From positions 16,866,001 through 16,930,000 of the forward strand of contig CM075989.1 of assembly GCA_038087875.1 (NCBI GenBank): 64,000 nucleotides of DNA. The letters run 5' to 3'. Below the pieces are notes generated by a model. The model was not told where the DNA came from. It was given only the letters and a program-made list of their open reading frames with translations, and did not search any database. How positions within the stretch are numbered: position 1 is the stretch's first letter; each line of letters starts with the position of its first letter. Shown here in pieces: positions 1-12,559 of the stretch. This DNA is from Malacoraja senta. Its lineage: Eukaryota. A program made the translations under genes and the position numbers.

Positions 1-1711
1 TACTCCAGCTTGTTGTGTCTATCTTTGGTTTAAACCAGCATCTGCAGTTCCTTCCTACACAATGTAAGTCTTCATATCCTTAATTAAGTACAGTAATGAT
101 AGTTTGGGTTATTTTTGATGAACTTTAAAAAAAAGTATTTTCAAAAGATACTTAGTCAGGTACATGGATAGCAAAGGTTTAGAGGGATATGGGCCAAATG
201 CAGGCAAACGGGACTAGCTCAGATGGTGCACCTTGGTCGCTGTGGACAAGTTGGGCCAAAGGACCTGTTTCCGTGCTGTATGACTCTATCACTCCATGTA
301 TGGACGGGTCACTTATTCCATAATAAAAATATTTGCCCTCAACCAAGTGTGTTTCCCTGATACATAGATCTCTCAGTAATGTATATTATACAAAGCACTG
401 TGTTGATGCTGAGACCTATGGAACCCATTGGTACCAGCTTCCAATTACAAATAACCACAACAGTTGGCGCCCTTTGTCCCTCTCGATGACGCAGTTTTAC
501 TGATCCTGATCCCATGGGCTTTGAATTTCTTGACCAGCCTGGCATGTGGATCTCATGAAAAGCCTTGCTAAAATTCCTGCCCAGCTTTACTTATAAAGGT
601 GTCGCGAATTAACATCTTTCTCGTGTTCAATTGTTCAGTCGCTGACAGTTTAAGTTCTTTCCACAAATTGTAATCTCCTAAAATTAAGTTCAAATGGCTG
701 CCATGGCACTGCTATCAATCTGGCCAGCTGGCACGGCAAGGAATGCTTTGGTTCCATGCATTCTAACGGGCTCTTAAATACTTATGGACAACGTGACATT
801 TCGAAGGATGATGAAAGTGACTACCCAGTCAAAGTTATGGGGAATATTGCAGTTATGAGGGCAATACATTTTGCTGACCTTTTGCAGATCATGAATTCAA
901 AGTTCTTCTTTAATTTAAATGTGAATGATGGAGCTCATTAACTATTGAAACACTTGTGAAATCCCAACACTGGTGCATATTTGCAAACCTTGGTGCCTAT
1001 GATCGTGTTATACCTTTTGTCAGTTAATAGTACAACTAATCATTTTCTCCCCTGTCTCCTCATCCCCCCCCCCCCCTCCCCCCTTCCATCCCTTCCCACG
1101 CTGGAAAGCAGGAGTGATCCATCCGGACCTTTGAGTCTTTTCAGCACTTTATAGAGTTATAAATTCCTACAGAATGGAAACAGGCCCTTTGGCCCTACTC
1201 ATCCATGCCAACCACGATGCTCCATCTAAGCTCGTCCCATTTCCCTGCATTTGACTCATATCCCTCTAAACCTCTCCTATCCATATACCTGTCCAAGTGT
1301 TTTTAGATGTTATTATAATACCTGTCTCAACAACCTCCGCTGGCAGCTTGTTCTATACACCCACCACCCTGTGAGTGAAAAAGTTGCACCTTGGATTCCT
1401 ATTAAATCTTGTACCTCTCCCTTTATACCTACGCCCTCTGGTTTATGATTCCTCTACCCTGCGTGGAAGACTACGCATTCACTCTAACTTTGTCATGACA
1501 GTGGCTGATCCTTTATCTTGCGCTACTTCCAAACCTAACCCATTCTTCCTTCATTCACTTAATATCTGCAGAAGCAAAAATCAGTGCTGTGAACACTGTC
1601 AGTGACTGAGCCCCAATAGGCCTCCAGCATTGCTGGCTCCCAACATCAGACAAAGCTGCCTGAACTATGTGCAAAAATATGGAGGTCACTATACCTGCAA
1701 CAGGCCCAGGA

Positions 1712-1939
1712 GTACAGTGGCACAATGGTAGAGCCGCTGCCTCACTGCGTCAGAGACATGGGTTTGATCATGACCTCGGGTGTTTGTCTATGTGGAGTTT
1801 GTACTTTCTCCCTGTGATCACGTGGGATTCCCCCCCTCCCCCCATGCTCTGGTTTCCTCCATGAAAAACTGCGATAACATAGAACTATTGTGAACGGATG
1901 ATCGATGGTCAACATTGAACCAGTGGACCGAGGGGCCTG
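1712..1939 (+). mobile_element. tRNA-derived SINE (HE1/V-SINE-like), interrupted near its 3' end by a GC-rich element
   Basis: A-box-like GTGGCACAATGG and B-box-like GGTTTGATC; body TGTGGAGTTTGTAC..CTCCCTGTGA shared with the other SINE copies in the window. Confidence 0.7.
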
Positions 1940-2798
1940 TTGGTTGGCGGCGCGACTCACGTTGCAGCGGGCTCTGCAGTCCGTCTGTCTTTTTTATTTT
2001 GTTGTTGTTTCGTTTGAGTTTTGTATGTGTGTTTTTTTTTTAACTGGGTATGTGTGGGGGGGGCGGGGGGGCGGGGGGTGGGGGTGGGGAAACTTTTAAA
2101 ATCTTTTCCCTGCACGGGAGACCCGACCTTTCTCTGTCGGGTCTCCGTTGTCGTTGGGGCCTAGCACCGTGGAGCGGCCTCCAACCGGAACGACCTGGGG
2201 CTCCAGTCGTGGAGCCTGCGGACTACTCACCATCGTGGAGCTGGCCGAGTTCGGAGCGGGAGGAGCTGTGGTGGCGAGCTGCTGCTACCCGACCCCGGAG
2301 ATTCGGAGGCTTCAGCCGCAGGTCTGGTGGATGGTAACATCGCGAGCTCGCGGGTCCATGGTGGGAGACCGCTTTTCGGGGCTCCCGCAACGGCAGCTAC
2401 TCCCGCCTGAGTTGCGGGGTTGAGGATGACCTGGAGCGGGGTCTGGCATCGCCCGGCGCGGCATTGGTGGCCGTGGGACTTGCTGGTGCTACCGAAGGCT
2501 ACAACATCAAGACCCGGAGCGTGGCCTTGCATCGCCCGGCGCGGCTTTAATGGCCGCGGGACATATTTACAATCGCCCGCCGGGGGCTTTGACTTTGACA
2601 TCGGGAGGAGAATGTGGAGTGCAGGGTAGAGATAAGACTTTGCCTTCCATCATAGTGAGGAGGAGATTCACTGTGATGGATGTTTGTGTAAATTGTGTTG
2701 TGTCTTGGTTCTTTTTATTTGTTTGTATGACTGCAGAAACAGAATTTCGTTTGAACTTAGGTTCAAATGACAACAAATAAATATCTAATATCTAATCT
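1940..2798 (+). mobile_element. GC/CpG-rich non-autonomous retroelement with a Rex1/Babar-like 3' tail
   Basis: 3' part (CATCATAGTGAG..TTCACTGTGATGG hairpin, AATTTCGTT..AATGACAA, short tandem tail) recurs at 3020-3452 and partly at 17640-18085. No credible ORF. Confidence 0.6.
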
Positions 2799-3019
2799 CG
2801 TATCTAAACTGCAAACAGTGATGACCACATCTGGAAGAACCATCCATCAACTCAAGAACTTGAGCGGCTGCATGACAAAACGTGGAGCAGACAGAGGCTG
2901 GATAGTTATTTGGGATTTTTCCCTTTTGCCTCCATGATAAGGACCTGTGTGTCAAATACAAGTGCTCCCTTTATGCTGGTGTTTATGACAGCCATCACCT
3001 TCAGCCCACTCAAGTGGAC

Positions 3020-3452
3020 CTGTGGATGGTAAAATCGGGAGCTCGCAGGTCCCTGGTAGGAGACCGATTTTCGGGAGTTCCCGCAACGGCAACTTCACCC
3101 GCCCTGAATCGCGGGGTTTGAATCGGCTCGTCGCAGGGCCTTACATCGCCCGGCGTGGCTTAATCTGCCGCGAGACTTACCATCGCCCACCGGGGGCTTT
3201 AACATCACGAACCTCGATCGCCTCGACGCAGCAGTTTGACTGCCTGACCGCGGGAGAAGAACAGGGAAGAGATAAGTCTTTTGGCTTCCATCACAGTGAG
3301 GAGGTGTTTGGAGATTCACTGTGATGGATGTTTGGGTGGAACTGTGTTAATTGTGTGTTCTTTTTATTTTTGCTGTTATGACTGCAGGAAACGAAATTTC
3401 GTTCAAACCTTTGTTTGTTTGAATGACGATAAAGGCATTCTAATCTAATCTA
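3020..3452 (+). mobile_element. Second, 5'-truncated copy of the GC-rich element at 1940-2798
   Basis: Shared motifs GGGAGACCG.TTTTCGGG, CATCGCCCGGCG, CATCACAGTGAG..CACTGTGATG and an (AATCT)n tail. Confidence 0.6.
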
Positions 3453-4860
3453 AGTTCAGCACACTCTCTATGTATCTCCTTCAGTTCCTTTCTCCCTCAA
3501 GCCCCCTACCAACTTCCCCTTAAACACACCGATGACGTTCACTACTCTGTGTTGCAAGTGCCACATGTTCACCACAATGTAGATAAAGATGTTTTTCCCA
3601 AATTCCCTGTTGCATCAGCAGGTGACTGTGGCACACTGAGTTCTGAGTTTTAGTTGGCAACTCTCAAACTGAGCTCTGAATTTCACACTCCATCACATGT
3701 AAAAATATTGCTGCATCTTTTTATTCAAACTTTCCTATCAACTTACCTTTCATAATGCAACCAACTCAAAACATTTTGTGAGTATTCTCTGTTGGCATAT
3801 ATCTGCCATGTAAGTCTATATTCAACTGCTCCAGTACCTTATCATTGAATAATAGTAAAACTGTCCACAGTAATTCAAACATTCTCCACAGTTAACACAA
3901 CCCATCGTTCTTGGTTTTCTTCCTCTAGAATTGAACTGATGTTTATTCCCTTTATTGGCTTTTGTTTTGCTTTACAATGTAATGAACCCAACCTTCTAAT
4001 TATTTGTGTATCTGTATCCCAAGCTATCTTTGATTTTACTTCGGAGTCACGTGAGTGACTACGTGAAGAAGACCCGCCAGGGCGCCTGCGCGTCATTACG
4101 TCAGACGCATTGGCGCGAACGGACGTGAGGAGCAGCGCTCCTCTAGTGGAAATGTAGTTTTGAACTACAAGGTAAGAAAAAAAAAAATTCAGAAGTTTCC
4201 GGGTCCGTTTGCTGTGGGTCTGTGGGGATTTTTTCCACAGGCACCATGGAAAAAACGGGCAAGGGAAAGAGGCAAGCGGCAAAGCTGGTGGAAAGTCGCA
4301 AGATTGCGGTCGGCGAACAGCTGCCTCAGACCCCTGTACAGTCGCCGGCTGGGAGCGTAGCGACTGTGGACTTAGGATAAAAGAATACAGTCAGAGCCAG
4401 TGGGGCACAAGGCTAAAGGCTCTGTCCCACGGGTTTGCGGTCGTTGGCCGTGAAGCGCGGCATCGCCGGAAGAGGGGACCGCACAACAACCACGAGAGCG
4501 CCGCACGGATGCTGCGCGGGGGGCCAAGTACGGCCGGTTCCACGAGCTTGCTGTTTCGGCTGATGACGTCTTTCGGATCGCGGGGCTGTGGCGGCGGCTG
4601 TGGCGCACACGTACCTCACTGGCGGCGGCTGTGGCGGCGGCCGTGCCACACACGTGCCTCACTGGCGGAGGTTGTGGCGGTGAAATTTGGACTCGCGGCA
4701 CTCGTGCCGCACTGGCGGCGGCTGTGACGGTGACCGTGCCGCACTCGTGCCACGCTGGCGGCGGCTGTGCGGTAAGAACATTTTTTTGGACAGTGTTGGG
4801 TTTTTTTTAGCACCGTGCGGTGTCGGGAACAACGGCGCACGGCCACGGAATTGTGCGTTT

Positions 4861-5206
4861 AATAATAATAATAATGGATGGGATTTATATAGCGCCTCTC
4901 TAATACTCAAGGCGCTTTACATCGCATTATTCATTCACTCCTCAGTCACACTCGGTGGTGGTGAGCTACTTCTGTAGCCACAGCTGCCCTGGGGCAGACT
5001 GACGGAAGCGTGGCTGCTAATCTGCACCTACGGCCCCTCCGACCACCACCAATCACACACACATTCACACACATTCACACGCAGGCAAAGGTGGGTGAAG
5101 TGTCTTGCCCAAGGACACAATGACAGTATGCACTCCAAGCGGGATTCGAACCGCCTACCTTCCGGTTGACAGCCGAACACTTAGCCCATTGCGCCATCTG
5201 TCGTCC
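4861..5206 (-). mobile_element. tRNA-derived CORE-type SINE with L2-like tail, nested in the DIRS element
   Basis: Minus strand reads: A box TGGCGCAATGG, B box GGTTCGAATCC, CORE-like GTGTCCTTGGGCAAGACACTT, tail GTAAAGCGCCTTGAG..GGCGCTATATAAATCC..(TTA)n. Confidence 0.85.
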
Positions 5207-5735
5207 TAATCCTCCGAGTGCGCGGTCTATGGCGGCCCAGCAGCGGTAGATTCTTCCTGTTTCGCCGCCAATGACCGCAGACTCGTGAGACAGGCCTTTA
5301 AGTTCAAGTCCGTCAGGCCCACGGAGGAGGAGTTCGATCAGGAGGATTCGACTCCAGGGCTGGATACCGCTTTTGAGCGGATTTCTCAAATGGAGAGCCT
5401 GTTACACAGGTTACTCAAGCAAAGCACACTCAGGGAAGAGTGTAGCTAAAGCCAGGCTCCAGAGGCCAGGTCAGCAGCACCTAGCAAAGGGCTGTTTGAG
5501 AGCACCCTCGTTGATGAGGCGCGTGCACAGGGTCAGCAGAGTTTTCCGATACAAGCGAAGACGGCAGCTACCAGATGTTCTATTTCTGGCAGTACGATTC
5601 GCTGCTCTGTGAGAGTTCTGACCCTGAGTCTGACGGTGAGGCCGATACAAGCGAAGACGGCAGCTGCCAGATGTTCTACTCCTGGCAGTATGATTCGCTG
5701 CCCCGTCAGAGTCAGGAGAGCCACTGGGAGAGGAA

Positions 5736-6477
5736 GTGGCCTCTACGATCAACTATTGTGTCTTCCATCAGCTCCAGTGGCTTACGATGGATGAAAATGC
5801 CAAAAAAGCACGAGACCCCAAGGAACTGCGTATTGCTGAAAGTACTAGCAGTGAACCAAGATATAAGGGGTCAGATGGGCGAGGGCATGTGAGCCTAAGA
5901 AAAGTAAACTGCAGAGAATATTGAAGCTGCTGGGTTGAGGAACAACTGCATTTTTGCAAGAACAATGGATGGAGGCCAGGGATGGAGATGCATCAAGTGG
6001 CACTAGGGTTGCTATGTAGCGCCCACTTCGAGATGAATTGTTTCAGGAAGTATGCCATTCGGCCCACCATCAACCCCAAGTTGCAGCAACTCTGTAAAGC
6101 CCAGCATTGTGCAGTCATTCAACTTACTCTTCAGAGAAAAAAAACTCACGAAACGTGGGAAAGAGTTGGATGATGAGGCAAAAACAGCAAGGTTGATCAA
6201 AACATCAATGGTCGGCAAGTCTGTGAAGAGGAGGTATCCTTTCAGACATCATACAAAATCCTGGGCCTACACCAGGAAGAAGTCGACCATTGAAGCAGGG
6301 GCGCAGTTGGTGTCCTGCAGCGGGAACACGAAAAAGCATGGGTTTTCCTGCCAGGAGCCAGGGACCACAGGTCATTCAGGTGACAAAGGAGGTAGGTGGA
6401 CCTGGTTCTCATGGGAACATATTAAGGCAAAAACAGCCAAATATTGGAAGCAAATTACTTCAGATTTATTATTCTGA
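5736..6477 (+). pseudogene. DIRS gag-like ORF1 remnant (frameshifted)
   Basis: Broken ORFs (..YAIRPTINPKLQQLCK.., ..LTKRGKELDDEAK..) at the gag position, upstream of RT within the DIRS element. Confidence 0.55.
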
Positions 6478-6689
6478 GTATTATTTAAAAGGTTTCGAAT
6501 TGATTCGATCAAAATAGTGATTTGCCATCCAGCATGTTCCTAGCAGAACACTCCAATTTCACAAAAAGAAGTGATGGAGGTTCAAGCTGAATTTGAAAAC
6601 TTGTCTATAAACAAGTAATTGAAAGGTTGGTTTATCAAAACCACCAAATTGTGTCTACATTTTCTCGACCTAAAAAGGTGAGTATTTTA

Positions 6690-8187
6690 TATCTGACAAG
6701 TCTTTAAAAATTTGTGAAGTATAGACACTTCAAAATGGAGACTTTGAGACTGCCAAACAACTTATTTCAAAAGATGTTATGTGGCACCTATAGATCTGAA
6801 AGATGTATATTACTTAGTGTCTGTTCATTTGTAAGATAAAAATATTTGAAATTTATCTGAATGAACAATTATGGCAATTCAAAGTTCTGTCTAATAGGTT
6901 AACTTCAGTTCCTAGCATTTCACTAAATTGGTAAAACCAATTTTTGGGGCTAATTAGAGTCCAAGGACAGATGTTGATGGCTTAGCTGAATGATGTCCTA
7001 ATTAGGACGAACAAGAGAATTAGTGAGTTATCTCTCTCAATTGTTCAATCCACTTTTGAAAGTTTTGGGTTTAATTCATCCAGAGAAATCAAGGTTAACG
7101 CCACTTACAACAATTGATTATTTTAATTTTACAATTGACATGGTAGTAATTTTACCCAGGGTAAAGGGTAGAGCTGATTGATGGTTGCATTAAGCTGTTG
7201 AAAAAGCAACAATCTTCAATTAAGACAGGTGGCCAGCTTGCTAGGAAAATTAGTGTTATTTCCAGCAATACAATATGGGCCATTGTACTACCAGCAGCTA
7301 CAGACGGCAAAAAGAAAAGGCACTAGGATGCATGGTGGCCATTTTTGATAGGCCATGCAGTTAAACAACAAATGCTGCTTCTGATTTGCAGTGGTGGATT
7401 TAACATGTCTCCAGTAGTTCGATCAAGATACTGATTGAACAGCCTTCAATGGTCTTACAGACTGATGTCAGTGCATTAGGATTGGTGCCACTGAAATGGT
7501 ATCCATCTGTGGACAGATGGAATTTGGAAGAGGCATTATTTTTTGCAGACATGGAGAATCAACGTTTTACAGCTGTTGGAAGGCTTATGAGCTCCAAGCT
7601 TGTTAATACAACTAATCTGCATGTTCAGCTTCAAATTAACAATACTACAGCAATGGCATGTATTAATCGTATGGGTGGAATGAAGTCGGTATCATGTAAC
7701 AAATTGGCTAATCAAATCTGGACTTGGTGTGTTGACAAATATTTGGTTTCGGCTATTTATCTACCAGGTAGATTCAATATAGTGGCAGACACCAGGTTAC
7801 GGGAATTTCCATAACAGCAAAGATGTTGAATCTTAAGATTTTAATGATATAGTAGTCAGATTTGGGAAGCCAGATACGACTTGTTTCCATCCAGACACAA
7901 TCACCAGTTACAGAGATATGTGTTATGGGAACTACATCGGGAGACAGTAGCGATTGAGGCTTTCTCGCTACATTAGGGTGGTATGTTTTTATATGCATTT
8001 TCCATCATTTTGTCTCATAAACCGGTGTCTGCTTAAAATGAAACGGGATGCTGACTCTGGGGTACTGGTGGTACCTGACTGGTCTACACAGCCATGGTTC
8101 CCTTTGATATTGGAATTAATGACACAGTTTCTGATAAAGGTTCCCAAAAGAAGGGATTTACTGGTGTATCCGATAATTGGAGAGTAA
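6690..8187 (+). pseudogene. DIRS reverse transcriptase / RNase H / N6-adenine methyltransferase-like remnant
   Basis: KFVKYRHFKMETL, IDLKDVYYLVSVH and decayed A*LNDVL (YLDD); RNase H LQTDVSALG and NNTTAMACINRMGG; MT-like HFPSFCLINRCLLKM..VLVVPDWSTQPWFP. Many stops and frameshifts. Confidence 0.85.
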
Positions 8188-8219
8188 CATCCGTTATATG
8201 CCTGTATGGATCTGTTAAT

Positions 8220-9195
8220 TTGCAGGTTTTAAAAAGAGGATTGTCTGGGCATACTGTGGACATGCTTACAGCAGTCTGGCGGAAGAGCACTCAAAAGCAG
8301 TACATTTGCGAATCTGAGGTTGTGACTCTATAAATGCTGCTTTCCCATTATGTAAAGAATGGAAAAAATTTCTGTGTACAAAAGAATATTGAATGTTGTA
8401 CGGCACATGTCTCAAATGTCTTAGGTTTTCTCTACACTCTATTATGAGGGGTTGAGTTATAGTGCAATTTATTCAGCCAGAAGTACATTGTCCTCGTTTT
8501 TTATTGATGAGGTCGGAAAGACATCCTGTTGAGTCTCGTTCTTTCGTTTCCAGATTAATGAAAGGAATTTTAATTCCAGACCTTCTAAACCTAGGTATGG
8601 CAATCTGGAATATAGAGTGGTTTTAAGCTACTTCATCGATTCTGATTTTTGCCAAATTCAGCATGAAGGTAGTCATGCTTATGGCATTTGTAACAAGCAC
8701 AGAGAGTGCAGACATTACAAAAGTTACAGATACACAGGATGGAAGTACCTCAGGATAATGTTATGTTTTACATTTATGACCTACTCAAATGAAGTAGGGT
8801 CAGGTGTGACAGGATTCAAGAATGTTTATTAGCATATTCCATGGATCCATGTCTATGTGTTAAGACATATTTGTTGCAATACATTGAGGCTACAAAGATC
8901 TTATGAAATATGAAAACAAGATTGTTTATCATTCACGAAAAACCTTACAAGATAGTGTCAGTTCAGACTATTTCAAGATGGTTAAAACAAGTCTTGGTTG
9001 CTTCAGGTGTTAACAGTGATGTTTTTACATCCCATTCGATTTAGCAGCAACATCGGCGGCCAGGGCGAAGGACTTCCTGTTGACCATATTCTCGCAGCCG
9101 CCGGGTGATTTAATAAGTTGGTGTTTCAACAGTTTTACCATCGGCCTATTGCCAATACGGGGCTGTTTGCAGAAACTATTTTAAGTTCTGTATAA
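8220..9195 (+). pseudogene. DIRS tyrosine recombinase remnant
   Basis: GLSYSAIYSARSTLSS, QTISRWLKQVL, FTSHSI..AATSAA (HSxR box), DHILAAAG* and FQQFYHRPI (catalytic Tyr region), all with disruptions. Confidence 0.85.
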
Positions 9196-9939
9196 TTTCC
9201 TCTGGTTTAAAGGGGATACTGGTAATTCTATTATTAAAATAAATGAATTACTGCATTTGTCATGCAAATGTCATTATTAATGCATTATTGATTATTTCTC
9301 GTTCCGAGTCAATCAATGCAGTGAGAAGCCGGGATTTGTATCTGCGGCATGAAATCACAAAGCTTTAAAATCTTTACGTAGTCACTCACGTGACTCCGAA
9401 GTAAAATAGTAAGATTAAACGAGAACTTACCAGTTTTGAAGTTTGATCTTTATTTTATGAGGAGTTACGTTGGTGATTACGTGCCCACCACGCCCAACCC
9501 TCTTTCATAAAGGTCAGATGGAAGTTCTAAATTTACTCGTTTTTACTATGTTACTATATTATTTCGTTCTTGTTGTTTGTGATTTCACACCGCTGCTTTG
9601 AAGATTGACGCGCAGGCGCCCTGACGGGTCTTCTTCACGTAATCACCAACGTAACTCCTCATAAAATATAGATCAAACTTCAAACTGGTAAGTTCTCATT
9701 TAATCTTACTATTCTGTTTTCAGGGGAACATAACACAATTGTTCTTCCCGTCTCAGTGGGCAAAATATCATTTATTCAAAATGAAGACCAATTCATTGAC
9801 CAAGGGCTGCCTAGATTCCAAGCCATGGTAGAAAAATGATAACTATCTTTAGAAAGGTGACAATAAAACAACGGATTGCTCTTAGTTATGATAACCTCTC
9901 GTTCACTTGAAATATGAATAAAACAGAGAAGGGATCTCA

Positions 9940-11703
9940 CTAAAACCTACCGGATAGTGAATGGCCTAGATAGGTGGATGTGGAAAGGATGTTTCCAGCA
10001 ATGGGAGAGACTAGAACCAGAGGACACAGCCTCAGAATAAAAGGATGTACTTTCAAAATGTACGAGGAGTTTCTTTCACCAGAGCATGGTGAATCTGTTG
10101 AATTCATTGGTATAGACGACGATGGAGGCCAAGACATTGAGTATTTTTACGGCGGAGATTGATCGGTTCTTGATTAGGAAGGGCATCTAAGGTTACGGGG
10201 AGAAGGTGTTAAACTGAGTTCTTTTGTCAATCTAATTAAAGAAAACTTGATTCAAACACTTGCTGCTGTTGAAATCGATCCTTTATTCAGCGCTGAGACT
10301 AGTCTCTGAACCATCCAACACAGAGTTGAAAGCTCCGGGGCAGGTCTACATAATTAGTGACTCTGGTACAAACTCAAGGCATTATATAGATATTAGACAT
10401 TTCTGATACAGAGGGTATGACAAACTAGTAACCAATCATCTGAGTCCTTCAGGTGATTTACAACAGCAGTCACATGATCCCCCCTTCTCTGGCCTCATTT
10501 TACAACCTTCATTTGCCTGTGGTTTAACTATGTTTAGAATTATTTTATTTCAACAAAGCAAAACCCCAGTAGGCTAATTTATCAAAGACCATTCCTCAAA
10601 ATATAAGATACATATATAATACAATGATCACACAAGTCATACAAACAAAACACACTTTCCATACCAAGAAGAAAGATATTTCTATGAATCTAAACAAGGT
10701 CTAATGTTTACAATCCTACTTAGACACAATACATTTCACAAATGGTTTCACTACAATTTTACACAATTTAAAATACTATTACCTATGTATTAAAAACATT
10801 AATTATATGAGTTTGACGAATTACACAGCTTCTAAGTTAAATTTCAAACCCACACACACCTCGCAACTCCAAGCATACATGGGTCGTAAATCTGTCAACT
10901 TAATTGATGATATGTGTTTTGTGCCAGGATACAGCTTCATTCTACCCTACAGCCTCCCCTTTTCCTGCTATCTCTGGGAGATGGATTTCCAATCTCATCT
11001 GCAAGGCCTTTTACAAATATTACAGAACAAAGGGTAAATTTGCAACTTCAGACCATTACCTCAAAAGTACAGCTGCTTCTTTGACTTTCTATAAACAGGA
11101 TGGTCACAAATCCATCAATCTGATTCTTTCCTCTCGAAGCATCCGATCCCTTATCTCAACCTCATTATAATTAAACATAGCCAAAGCTAACCACGGAGTC
11201 TATTATCTCTCAGCCTTGAATTCTACCTCAAACTCAGCATAAACAGCCATAACTCTTCATCTATATGTCACACTCAAAGCTCAGGAATGTGCCATAGAGA
11301 AAGAGCAGATGACCTCTGGCCTAAGAAGAGGCCCTATTCAGCAATCCATTCTTCAAAACAAAATTATATCAAATATAATTTCCTCCAGTGTTATAATTGC
11401 CTCAAAGCAATAAACTAAGCTAGGCAGGTTCAGATTAGCGTTTCTATGTTTTGATTCATCTGTTCCCTGTATGTGTTTCTATGTACTTTTTTTCTTTAGG
11501 AGACATGTGTTTCTGAAAACCTTAAGCTTTTCTCTTGCAAATTACCTAGCTTATATAAAAGTCACTATCCAAGCGGTTCTATTATATAATATTTCCTCAA
11601 AGGCAGGAGAATGGGGTTGAAAGGGAACAATAGATGATTGAATCCTGGAGTAGACTTGTTGGTCAGAATGGCCTAATTCTGGTCCTATGTGTTATGGTCT
11701 ATG
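9940..11703 (+). mobile_element. CR1 LINE 3' fragment split by a solo LTR
   Basis: ERMFPAMGETRTRGHSLRIKG (CR1 ORF2 C-terminus); the 3' UTR GGGGAGAAGG|CAGGAGAATGGGG resumes at about 11603. Confidence 0.8.
10207..11599 (-). mobile_element. Solo LTR (~1.4 kb), ERV/Gypsy-type
   Basis: TG...CA termini; 4-bp target duplication AAGG at 10203-10206 and 11600-11603; interrupts a contiguous CR1 sequence; AATAAA on the minus strand near 10285. Confidence 0.8.
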
Positions 11704-12243
11704 ATCGCAATGGGCACAAACTTTCAAACTTCCAAATATATCAGCTGTGGTAATGAGTACCAAAGGAATGTTGATGTTTGATGAGATAGTTGTAAATATG
11801 GAACTCTTGCCTCCCATCCATAAAACTTTAAAGTGCCCTGTTCTAAAGTCCAGGGTGAGTGAAGCTTCCTTAAGGATTTGTCACCGTGTTAATAAGATGA
11901 CATATGATGAAAATGCTGATTTGTATGTTTTGTATTATACGCATTGGAAAATTCATGAATCAAGTAAATTTTGAAATAAAATAAATATTAGCCAACTAGG
12001 CAACTGTGTAGAATTAACATCTCTAGTCTGGTTCTGGCTGCACTCTCTGTCGACCTGAGCTCCTCCAACACTGAAATAGAAATGTTCTTGAAGATTTAAT
12101 GTCCAGTGACACTTCATTTAACAAATTCTCATTCTTACTTTCAAGCCTGTTCACTGCCTCGCTGCTCCTTATCTCTGCATCTTCATCCAGCTACAGACAC
12201 CATCTGCACCCACTGCGTCCCACTACCTCTGACCCCTTGTTTA

Positions 12244-12559
12244 ATTTAGTTTAGTTTAGAGATACAGTGTGGAAACAGGCCCTTCGGCCCACCGAATCCG
12301 CGCCGACCAGTGATCCCTGCAAACTAACACTATCCTACACACACTGGGGACAATTTACAATTTACCAAAGCCAATTAACCTACAAACCTGCACGTCTTTG
12401 GAGTGTGGGAGGAAATCAGAGCACCCAGAGAAAATCCACGCGGGTCACGGTCGTGGTCAGGATTGAACCTGGGCAGCCGTGGTCAGCCGTGGTCAGGATT
12501 GAACCTGGGCCTCTAGCGGTGTAAGGCAGCAACTCTACCATTGCGCCACCGTGCTGCCC
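12244..12559 (-). mobile_element. HE1-like tRNA SINE with CR1-like tail
   Basis: Minus strand: GGGCAGCACGGTGGCGCAATGG A box, GGTTCAATCC B box, tail GGGCCGAAGGGCCTGTTTCC..(CTAAA)n. Confidence 0.85.

Larger units (their letters stand above)
4033..9713 (+). mobile_element. DIRS1-type tyrosine-recombinase retrotransposon, full structure, coding regions decayed
   Basis: Left ITR 4033-4095 and right ITR starting 9606 (4060-4095 is the reverse complement of 9606-9641, 1 mismatch). ICR 9376-9483 is complementary to both outer ends. ATT occurs at both termini. RT, RNase H, methyltransferase-like and YR remnants lie in the canonical order. Confidence 0.93.

Noticed and set aside
756..941. Short ORF and other 60-100 aa ORFs in unique-looking DNA (e.g. 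13456-13674, 36186-36401)
   Set aside because: No recognisable domain or convincing splice context; lengths are within chance expectation.
4160..4977. Cluster of overlapping GC-rich ORFs / CpG-island-like promoter
   Set aside because: Lies inside the DIRS 5' region and consists of short GGCGGCGGCTGTG tandem repeats; no recognisable host protein.
5075..5206. tRNA-like sequence with A and B boxes (also the heads of the HE1-like SINEs)
   Set aside because: These are SINE heads attached to SINE bodies and LINE-derived tails, not tRNA genes.
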